From Octopus bimaculoides (lineage: Eukaryota), in NCBI RefSeq assembly GCF_001194135.2, contig NC_068985.1, positions 88,868,944 through 88,909,518 of the forward strand: a DNA stretch of 40,575 bases, in the 5' to 3' direction. The number at the start of each line of letters is the position of its first letter. Positions within the stretch are counted from its first letter, which is position 1. The translations under genes were made by a program, and so were the position numbers. Shown piece after piece: positions 11,123-21,089 of the stretch. The notes below the pieces were generated by a model, which made no database searches, had not been told where the DNA came from, and worked only from the letters and a program-made list of their open reading frames with translations.

Positions 11123-11165
11123 TAATAATAATAATAAAAAAAAATAATAATGATGATGATGATAA
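10926..11165. repeat. (TAT)n array 10926-11015 and complementary (TAA)n array 11059-11165 separated by a ~45 bp spacer
   Basis: Visible directly. Confidence 0.95.
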
Positions 11166-11174
11166 TATTAGTAA

Positions 11175-11350
11175 CGTCGAAAAATACCTTAGGAATGAGA
11201 ACCCAGGCTCGAAATTTCCCCAAGACATCTTATGAAGGCTGGAGCGTATATCAGCCGAAACGTTGTTTTAACAAGAAACAAGATGGGGATAAATATTCGT
11301 CAAATGTAAATAATGTACATAATTCCCCATCTCTTAAATATAGAACTGTA
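11175..11350 (+). mobile_element. Short Penelope-related HHR-containing repeat, copy 2; ribozyme core mutated
   Basis: AAAATACCTTAGGAATGAGAACCCAGGCTCGAAATTTCCCCAAGACATCTTATGAAGGCTGGAGCGTATATCAGCCGAAACGTTGT...CTTAAATATAGAACTG. The core at 11229-11235 reads CTTATGA instead of CTGATGA. Confidence 0.85.
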
Positions 11351-11809
11351 TTATATAAATTTCATATTTGACGACCTAAAATTAAGGAAAAAATGTCTTC
11401 AATGTCACCTCATTTTTGTCGATTAGAAACACAGCAATTCCACATTCTATTATTGGTCTATTGTTTTTCTTTTTTAATATCAAGGTTGCTACCGGTGCAA
11501 TTTTTGACCAGAATGTTAATGAATTTCTTTTCAATGAAAAGCCAAATTTTTTCGAATCTTTAAATATATTAAAATAAAATATTAATATCAACGTCGATGT
11601 CACTCGCAGCCGAAAATTGCAGTTGACCTGCAGATGACCAGACACAAATTTAGTCCTCTAACTGTTAGGTCTAACATTGTGAGGCATCTTCCAAAGTTTC
11701 TTGAAAACGTCTGCGCTATCCAACTCTGTAAACCATTTTTGCTGCCAAACAAGACCATAAGATTAACACATTTAATTCTCACCCAACCTAACTCAAAACT
11801 TAATTGAAA

Positions 11810-12050
11810 CTAAGTGCCAGGCCTTGCACCCAATCTACACCATCCAGGTCGCTGTCATCCATTCATATTCTGCCGCACTTTTAATCAAAATTTGCATAAA
11901 TGTCCATCTTTTCTTCCATTTCTTCCATTTTCCTCTCCCATATCAACCTCAAACACTCCATTGCTCGCTAAATCGATTACGTCAGAACCAGCATATCAAA
12001 TATTTTACCGAGATTTTCGAGAAAATTATTGCCTGGTGTACTTCCGCATC
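11810..12050 (+). pseudogene. Possible very old LINE (CR1/L2/Jockey-type) RT fragment
   Basis: AGCATATCAAATATT-TT-ACCGAGATTTTCGAGAAAATTATTGCC can be read as SISNI.TEIFEKIIA across a frameshift, resembling the RT motif YRPISL.S...KIFEKII. An upstream PGRCHP resembles the PGPD.IHP motif. Weak evidence. Confidence 0.3.
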
Positions 12051-12559
12051 CATTCTACTGTGTTATCATTCTACCATGTGTTCATAAAATGCGTGATAAA
12101 GCTACTCTAATTATTTAATGACTGGCCATACGTTTGCATTTAGTGATGTTTAATGAGAAGGAATCAGCGGAATAATTTGCCATATTCCGAGAGATCAAAA
12201 TCAACAGCAGCCGCATTCTCATTTAACTCTCTGTAATTAATACGTATGGCAGTGTTGTATCCCGAGAATTTTCCTGTCCAGAAGGAGTCATTGTATTCAA
12301 TTATGTACATTTTAGATAAGATGAAATTTTAATTACTCGAAAGTCTGGCATGAATGTCTCATATAAAAGAACAACATTATACTAAATAGTTGTTCATGCT
12401 ACACGCCGGTGAAGTGAATTATCATCCAATTGCATTCCAACCTTCATCGGTATACCCATATATGCAAGCATATATATATATATACATATACATATGCATA
12501 TTTACACACACACACACATATATATACGCATATATATAACATTTTCAGAATATAACCAA

Positions 12560-12755
12560 ATATGAATCATTGACGATTTGTCCCTCCGTTTACCTTTTCT
12601 ATAGGACATACCGCTTTTTCTGAAGAAGAGCTTTGCTCGAAACGTCAAATCATATTTCTTTCCTTCCCTGAGCGTTTGCAAATAGGTTAAATGTAGCACG
12701 TCCTCGTGTTGCTGATTTTTTGTGTTTGTTCTTTTCCTTTTGGGGGATGTTATAT
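12560..12755 (+). mobile_element. Penelope-like pLTR fragment (second HHR-bearing family)
   Basis: Contains the HHR listed below, followed by TTTCTTTCCTTCCCTGAGCG...CACGTCCTCGTGTTG. The layout parallels 870-1005. Confidence 0.6.
12616..12649 (+). ncRNA. Minimal type I hammerhead ribozyme motif, intact core, GUC triplet
   Basis: UUUU-CUGAAGA-A-GAGC(UUU)GCUC-GAA-ACGU-C-AAA. Helix II is a perfect 4 bp stem, helix III is the palindrome ACGU, and helix I is only 3 A-U pairs. Confidence 0.7.
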
Positions 12756-13069
12756 ATTCTTCTCAATTAGAAGTGTCTCAGTACGATGTAGGGATGAGAT
12801 AATTGGAGATGAGGGAGAACAGGAATGGTAAAGTGAATAGAGGAAATGATATCAAGGCGATATCAGAGTACTGTCCTGGTATATTTGCTGCATATGAAAT
12901 CATAATTTGCGAGAATCATGCCTGTTGTCCGACCTGCTGTTTTCTTTCTACATTGCTTTCTACGATTCTACGGATCCATTTTTCGTAACTGGAGCGCTGC
13001 TTTTTCATTGAAATTATAGGCGGTCGGGCTTGGGGAATAAAGTCACTTCGATTTAAGAAACATACATAT

Positions 13070-13872
13070 ATTAGTGGGAGTCAAAATATATTCCCTCTTT
13101 CGCCCAAACATATTTTGTCACGGGTGCTAAAAATTAGCACGCTTTTGGTTATGTAGAAAAGGTTTGACCATGATTGCTCCAGTTTTCGTTTTTCAAATTA
13201 AACATGGCTGCTCCGCTTGAATAGAAATGTGTGATCCGATTTCTCTGTTACCAAAGTGCGGCAGACGTTGAATTTCATAACAGAAGAGTGAATGAATGGA
13301 TTGAGAATTTCAGGCAATAATGATGAACGATAAGTGAGGAGGACGCCCTTCAGCTCCTTCCAGGGACTTGCAAACTCGGGAGATAGTTCTGAGGTATCGA
13401 CAAGTCCAATCGATAAGGTGGCATGCCCTCTGCAAATTAGTCATTGTTCTGCAAAGTGATATTAGTTATTAGGAGAAAATGTCGAGATCTATTATCAAAA
13501 CAACTATTTTTACTGCACGAAAATGCACGAACAAACCCCGCATCTCGAAGCGTTGAAGTAATTTAAAAACTGAGTTTCGTGTCGCTGAAACAACCAGCAT
13601 GATGTCTACATTTCTCCCCTTACGAGTATCACATCTTTGGACAATTCAATCTCCCTTTAAGTTCTTGACGATTTGCTACGGACGAAGAAATGCAGGAATC
13701 AATGCGCATTGGTTGCAAGACAAGCCGATGGAATAAGCAAAAATTCTGGACAGCTGCAGATGAGCATCGGAAATTAAGGTGATTATGTTGAAAAATGAAG
13801 TGTTCACCCCTGGTTTTCTTTTAAGAAATTACAGAAAGTAGAGAAGTATAATGTTCGACATACCATCGTCAT
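13070..13872 (+). mobile_element. Internally deleted, decayed mariner-type DNA transposon
   Basis: N-terminal remnant MAAPLE..VIRFLC..FHNR from ATG at 13204. C-terminal remnant LLHENAR..(HPAYSPDL-like)..PYEYHIFG..RFATDEEMQE..KGDYVEK* ends at 13798, with many stops and frameshifts. Only weak inverted-repeat similarity remains at ~13071 and ~13872. Confidence 0.8.
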
Positions 13873-15074
13873 ATTGGATATGCATATATACATATACATA
13901 CATACATATAAACTTGAACAATTGTATAAATGAATGTATGGACGTATACCTATGTTTCGTTGTCAAAATGTATAAAATTGTTAAACATAAAAGAAAAGCT
14001 TGATCAATGTTGTGTCACACATATATGAAAATTAAATCAGGCAACAACCATTAACATAATATAACGATATATCCAATCAAAAATAAATGTCTTATAATTT
14101 TTTTAGGTCAAAATCTTCACCTTGATTCTCTTTGTTTGTTCTTTGTTCAATGACATTTTCGTTTTTCATTCAGAACATATATCGATAGGTTTAGTGCTTG
14201 CTCCATCACAGATTTAATGTTCGATATATGAAATATATAATATTGTTCAGATTTTTATCTTTTATCCAATATGCAGTAAACGGGTAGAATATTATCTGAA
14301 ATACTTAATTTCAAATGTTATACACTGCTTTGTTGCACATGTAGGAAGTTGAAAACATGGTATCTACCCTCCTTCTTTTTAGCCTATTTGCGCTTACACT
14401 TCATCTGGAATTATTAAATAGCAGTAATATAGCAGTTCATATGTACCCCATGTTTGTATACTACTTTAAATTAATATACAAACGGCTATATTAAAACAGC
14501 ACCGCTGCTCGTCTAATATGAATTTCAAAGCAGTAGACCTACTAAAAGTATGTAAGGACTCTATTATTCTTTGAAGATACCTTGTTGATACGTAGATTGA
14601 AACATTTTATCATCTCTGATATGTGCTGGCGCTAATTGATTAAGTGTCTATAATTCTGCGTTTCAAACATCATCTAACATAAATATTAATGCAAATTCTC
14701 ACATATTGAATGTGTATTAGAAATAAGAGAGACGCAGAGGAGCATAACAATTAAATTCAACAAGCAATGCGTTTGGCGTTTTAGGTGATGTTTTGTTACA
14801 TTGTATTCCGTTTAGATATAGATGAAAACGAACGATGTTTCTCTCAAGTTAAAAGCATTACGATCAAATTCAATATATTCTTGCTATGCACATGTTAACG
14901 GACAATGTAAGACCAATGCCCATATTAATAGAGAAAAAGTAAAAAAAGATACAGCCAAATATTGAATTGAGCTCACTTTTTAAGATGCTATAGAAAAAGA
15001 ACTTAGGAACAACATTTGAAACCATCTACAACAAATTTGTGTACCTCAGTCGTTTAATATTTTGATAAATTATT

Positions 15075-15255
15075 TGTAGCTCGGCGGATAAAACACTTGG
15101 CAGCAGTTTGTTCATATTTACTTTCTGAGGTCTTCTGTTTTTCATCCTTCCGAGGTCGAAAACATAGACAACAGTTAAGCAATTGGGTCGATGTAATCGT
15201 TTTCTTACCATCCGCCGAATTTGCGGTCCCTATGCCAACATTTGAAAGCAATATT
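15075..15255 (+). mobile_element. Degenerate tRNA-derived SINE (family of 37.1 kb copy)
   Basis: TTTTCATCCTTCCGAGGTCGA...TGGGTCGATGTAATCG...AATTTGCGGTCCCTATGCC aligns with CTTTCATCCTTTCGGGATCGA...AATCGACTGG...AATTTCGGGCCTTGTGCC at 37157-37253. Confidence 0.7.
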
Positions 15256-15445
15256 TTGATAACTGATTTCAGTTACGTCGAAAAGGGATATGTGATTGTG
15301 CTAACAACTCCAAACACGAAAACCACGTAGTTATTGAGAAACAATATAATATAAGTGGAACAGGTATGTTGATATCATTTCCTTCCCTTCTAATCCGTGT
15401 TAAGAGCAAGGGCTACTAAGCTCAAGATTCCAGACCATCACCTGA

Positions 15446-15476
15446 ATAATAATAATAATAATAATAATACTAATAC

Positions 15477-15555
<79 letters not shown>

Positions 15556-15594
15556 AAGAAGAAGAAGAAGAAGAAGAAGAAGAAGAAGAAGAAG

Positions 15595-15626
<32 letters not shown>

Positions 15627-15627
15627 C
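15446..15627 (+). repeat. Compound microsatellite (AAT)n-(AAG)n-(AAC)n
   Basis: Visible directly; gives the poly-N/K/N stretch of ORF 15397-16011. Confidence 0.95.
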
Positions 15628-15810
15628 TGCATCGTAAAATACCTTAGGAATGAGAACCTAGGTTCGAAATTTCCCAAGACACCTGATGAAGGCTGGAGGG
15701 TATATCAGCCGAAACGTTGCGTTAACAACAAACAAGATGAGGACAAATATCCGTCAAACATAAATAATGTAAATAATGTACATAATTCCTCATCTCTTAA
15801 ATTTATAACT
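15628..15810 (+). mobile_element. Short Penelope-related HHR-containing repeat, copy 3
   Basis: Aligns over ~175 bp with copy 2 and over ~145 bp with copy 1. Confidence 0.85.
15678..15723 (+). ncRNA. Minimal type I hammerhead ribozyme motif, intact core
   Basis: GACAC-CUGAUGA-A-GGCUG(GAGGGUAUAU)CAGCC-GAA-ACGU-U-GCGUU. Helix II is a perfect 5 bp stem, helix I has one A.C mismatch, and helix III is palindromic. Confidence 0.75.
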
Positions 15811-17187
15811 GCATTAAATATATTAAGATCATCTCTGTATCCAAATGGGTTCGTTGGTTGTTTAGAAAACGAAAACCTCAACAAATTCTTTCAAATTTGT
15901 ATTTTTGAATATAAATGTGCAATTTGTATAAATGACACCTCTAATCCACAAATTAAAGTTAGTGTTCTGCACCAGAATTCTGTTAACGCAGCATATTCAA
16001 TCAAATACTAAATGGTACCAATGCACATTTCGTATTTTATTCAAATAGAGTCACTATTATTCATTCCGTAATTCCATATTAACTCCATAATTTATTTCTC
16101 ATTTCGGTCTAGGTATGGTATTCATATAATATCTGCTAAATCATCTATATCCATGTGTGTGTTTTTATCTGAAAGATTCTCAATTACTTTTACGTTCAAT
16201 GTATCTGTTATAATGTAGGATGTACTCCATTGAAAGTTAATTTAATGTTTGTTAGAACTTGTGATGTTTTATAATTAGTAAGCAATACACTACACACTAT
16301 AATCTGGAATCGTTGCTGATCTGCATTCGGAGTTCATAGGATGATGGGTGATAATGCCAACATGCATATCGTTTTTATATTGTCAGTAATGAAAATTTCA
16401 TTCCAAAGTTTGGAGAAATCGTGCTATTGAAAGTCATGCGCAATTGAATTCAAAGATTCATTATTAGGTGATACGCATTACTAAGAATCAACAAATTGCT
16501 AATAATATTGTTATTACAAACATTAATACCATTTATAGTACTTGATGTTATATTCATTATCCTGCGAGCACTAACTTCTGATGTATTTACAGATATTGGA
16601 ATATAATAAGTTAATATTTGATGATGTGTCATTGTCCATCTGTGTTATGTTCCCTGCTTTACAGTGGTGGCTCATAATAAAATGATTATTGAATGATTGT
16701 TTCTATACAAATATCCTCTATACATCCTGTATATTACAGAATTTGCAAACCAATGCGAAGAGATCTAATACTGGGAAAATAATTCCTTTTTCCAATTTAT
16801 TGATTCCAATATTTATTGTTGAGATTATGTATAAAATTATCCGGATTTACACTCTTACCTGATAGAGCGGTGGATTATCAACAGGATTTGTTGTTAACGA
16901 AGTATTTTGTCTGATGTCCAAAATGTAATCCGTTGTCTTAAATTGTTCCGAATCTTGGTGGTTAATATGCAAATTCAAGTGTCATCGCAGACAAAATTTA
17001 TTTTTATCACCTCACTATATTTTCTCATTTCCAAGTATCTCTGTTTGGAAAATATATGAATTGCTAACATCTCACGGATATTAATTGTATTTTAAAATGC
17101 TTCCATGTAATAGTTCTTTAGGATCGTTTAAAACGGAAGATGAAGCTACTATGATTTTATGTATTTTACCAAATATATAATCATGTG

Positions 17188-17315
17188 ACGTGGAGAGCCA
17201 ATGGCCCTGTGGTTAGGGCGGTGGACTTGCGGTCATAGTATCGCAGTTTCGATTCCGATACCGGGCTTTGTGAGTGTTTATTGAGCAAAAACACCTCAAG
17301 CTCCACGTGACTCCG
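17188..17315 (+). mobile_element. tRNA-derived SINE 5' portion (Pol III A/B boxes), 3'-truncated
   Basis: A-box-like TGGCCCTGTGG (17202-17212) and B-box-like GTTTCGATTCC (17246-17256), followed by TTGTGAGTGTTTATTGAGCAAAAACACC, similar to the post-tRNA segment of the 31.4-31.66 kb SINE. No tRNA acceptor stem. Confidence 0.75.
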
Positions 17316-17936
17316 TGTAATATTTGTTTTATTACACGATTGTGCAGAATTACGTCGTTTTCAGGCTTGAAAATATCAGTGATATTTTCCGCAAAATCTA
17401 TGAGTCTGTATATACTCAGTTTTGGTTATAAAAGGATTAAATTCATCAAGGACAAAAAGCCTGGGTTTACACCTTCCTTCCTACTTTCTTCCCTTAAAGC
17501 ACTCCAGCACTTCTAAAGTGTAACAAATTAATAGAAAAATATTAAAAGAAATAATTTGCAGATAAAAACAAATTCATCATTAAGTTTATGGTGGAACAAT
17601 TTAGAAGTATTCGAAAGAATTAAGGGAATGAAAAGGAATTGAAACAGTAGATTCACGTAGTTTGACACTGCTGATTTTATCTCCCAGCAACCCAATTTAT
17701 GTTAATAAAGATCATAGCGTTTTCAAAATGAATGTTGATAAAGATTATAGATTTTTGCAAAATATGATATAAATGCATTGGACATTGAGGTAATTATGAA
17801 CTCAAGAAAGTCAGTGCAAGAAATTTATTACTGGTTTTCAATATTGTCATATGGGTTAAGGAAAAGGTGGATGAATTCTTTGACATGTCCTTGGAACATA
17901 TGATAATACCTAGGTAAGTTATGTTAAAAGGATCTG

Positions 17937-18010
<74 letters not shown>
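17937..18010. repeat. (CA)n microsatellite
   Basis: Visible directly. Confidence 0.95.
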
Positions 18011-18013
<3 letters not shown>

Positions 18014-21000
18014 TCACATATGTTCTAAATTACTAAGAATAAAATGTCCTGTAATGGACTGTTGTTTATATTGTGATGATGATTGCTTGCTCTATCGAGA
18101 AATTGTAATAGTCATAAGTTAGACAGTTTTAGGAAAGATTTGATTAACGTAGCTCAGTAAATAAGACTTTGTATTATTGTAAATGTAAACATTATCGATA
18201 TTAATTTTCTTCACGCAGCTTTGACTCTGGACAATGATAGTTTCCAGAATTTTCCTCAGGGCATAAGTTTAGAAAAATATTGAATATAAAATTGTGTGAA
18301 AAATATTTATTCAGTCTGGAAGAATTTCGGGTTCTATATCAGAGGTTTTAATACTGCGAAGCTAAATAGAAAACGATGCAAACAGTTTGCCAGCAAAGAT
18401 CATGCAAATGTAGTGTTTTTGAGAACTGCCCACGGTAACTGTTAAGAAAAGATGATTGTATACGGAGCCAAGGTCGCGTCAGTTAGTAGAAGCATAGCCC
18501 TTCATTTGCCAGCAACAATAGAAAACGTGCTGCGTATTTGTTGAAGTTTATATGTTTCTACAATGGAGGTGATGATGATGATGGTGACGATGATGATGAT
18601 GATGATGATGATGATCATCATCATCATTCATTCATTCTATTCATAGTCAGTTGTTCATTTTTAAATATTAAAGTAATTCAGACTAAAAATGTATTTAAAA
18701 AATGCACAATAGTAAACCCAAGATTTTAGTTGTTAGTGTAAGGAACTAAGAAGAGGTATTTTGAATTTTAATCATCGTATAAAAGAAGCAAAAGCAGTAA
18801 AAAATTAATGTTATTGATACACAGAAAAATATAAACAGTCCTACATACAACATGACTCACATAGTGTTTGTTTGAGACAGAAAGAAATAAACAAATGTCC
18901 AATCATTAATTATATTTGCCAATCCACAGTAGAAAATGTCTCAGTTGAAATCATTCTACAATTAACCAGAATATTAGGAATATATTGAATTCTGTATTTA
19001 AACATATTGCCAATAAATAATAACAAAAACATACCATAATATAATAAATTTTGATGATCTCAGAAAAGTGTAATATCAATTAAATTAAATTTCTGCGATG
19101 ATAAATTATTTCGTTTTACATGTTTCTACTTTTAATTTCTTTTATTTTTATTTAATTCAATATGGCGACCTTTTGATTATTTTCCAATTATATACTTGAA
19201 TATCTCTAGAAACAAGACATATTTGAAAATTATTTTTAAAATTTTAATTAGTATAAATATTTCCCAAATTAACGTGATGAAAATGTCAGAAAGTAAGACG
19301 CATTGCTACATGTATTTATAACATGTAACTTGCAAATTTTGTTCCTTGTTTTCAATTTCACCACTGCGCTTGAAACACGACAGAGCAATATATTTAAACA
19401 TTGCCTATTCGTGACAAATGAGTCATATTTGACGGTATTTTACAGACATTTCATCTCCCATTTGAGATTCATAATAGAAATTTCCTTGTCTCATTTCCTT
19501 GTGTTATCTACTTTTAGAATACATAATTCTTTGAATAAATTGGATCATGTTAAATAATCTGTTAATGAGTGTTTTTATCATCAGATATTTGACACCCCCA
19601 AAATTGGGTGTTCCCAGTGTAGTATTTACAGAATGCATAACCTTCTAGACGTACAGAAAGAGTTGTAAAAGATAATGATTACACGCGATTATACAGATCG
19701 TGGACGCATGAAGAAAACAGACATTAAGTATGTAGTATATCACAGCTGAATTTGCGTATTTTCATATCTTTACAATACATGTATATACTATGGCAATAGA
19801 GTAGTCAGATTACCCCACGATCAAGTTTGTTCATCTTTATCTGATTCCCATCACAAAACATCTTTGCAGAGTGCATGCCATTAGCAATAAACGTATTCCC
19901 AAATGCAGGCGGTATATATTGAAGGTTATTGCAGGAAGGAGGATTCGAAAAGGTTTTGTAGAATTTCTGGAACGTACTGGTTGCGAAATGATAAAATATC
20001 AAGTTGAAATTTGTAAAATCATGGAAGCAGGAAACTGAATTATTAAGTTTTCAGCAAGACACCTCTCAGTCAGGATACCAACCATGTATGATGGCACCAG
20101 TTAGAAAACTGTGAGACCTTAGCTTCGTCTACAAAGATACAGTCAAATGTGCCTCGTAGACAGAGTTCGTGATTGACATTAACAGAAGGTATAGACAGAC
20201 TTTCGAAGTTGAAAGTAAAGGGTATTTGTTAAAAGACATCGACCTGATATTATTTATTCGAATACCTGCATTCGATGAACCTGTTAAAGGCAGCTACTTT
20301 TGAATATAATAAAGGAGAGGTACAAAACCATAACGAAATACTCTTTAGCGGAGCGATTAAGACTCAAATAAACGTCAGTCATTGTAAGAAGTAAACTTGC
20401 ATTAGAATCTATATGTTGCAGGCAACATTATGAAGCTTATTTTTGCCGCCAAATCGAAAATATGTAGGAAACATTCGTGACAGAATAGAGGATGAGAAGA
20501 AGCAATTCCGTAACTTATTAATGCCAGAATACAGAGTACAATATAGATCACTCTATATTTAATATATAAATTACGTCACACATGTAGGCTTTTCCACATC
20601 GAAATAATAAGCACATGAGATGAAATAGACCCTCAAAGTTTAGTGTCAGCTTTCGCTTCTGAGACCCAAATTTGTTTTGCAAGATTCGAAACCGCGTATA
20701 TATATATATATNNNNNNNNNNNNNNNNNNNNNNNNNNNNNNNNNNNNNNNNNNNNNNNNNNNNNNNNNNNNNNNNNNNNNNNNNNNNNNNNNNNNNNNNN
20801 NNNNNNNNNNNNNNNNNNNNNNNNNNNNNNNNNNNNNNNNNNNNNNNNNNNNNNNNNNNNNNNNNNNNNNNNNNNNNNNNNNNNNNNNNNNNNNNNNNNN
20901 NNNNNNNNNNNNNNNNNNNNNNNNNNNNNNNNNNNNNNNNNNNNNNNNNNNNNNNNNNNNNNNNNNNNNNNNNNNNNNNNNNNNNNNNNNNNNNNNNNNN

Positions 21001-21049
21001 NNNNNNNNNNNNNNNNNNNNNNNNNNNNNNNNNNNNNNNNNNNNNNNNN

Positions 21050-21089
<40 letters not shown>

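Noticed and set aside
15397-16011. 204 aa ORF as a real gene
   Set aside because: It is a chance read-through of a stop-free AAN microsatellite and the non-coding HHR repeat. The KTPDEGWRVYQPKRC peptide recurs in other ORFs only because the DNA repeat recurs.
16470-16610. Hydrophobic frame LLRINKLLIILLLQTLIPFIVLDVIFIIL as a transmembrane exon (similar case at 2998-3058)
   Set aside because: AT-rich DNA yields I/L/F-rich peptides by chance, the splice signals are incomplete, and there is no recognisable family.
17188-17265. Functional tRNA gene (also considered at 31590-31661 and 33995-34062)
   Set aside because: A and B boxes are present, but the acceptor and other stems do not pair and SINE body sequence follows in two of the three cases.
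18570-18630. (GAT)n-(CAT)n palindromic junction as a designed hairpin
   Set aside because: It is explained by adjacent simple repeats in opposite orientation.
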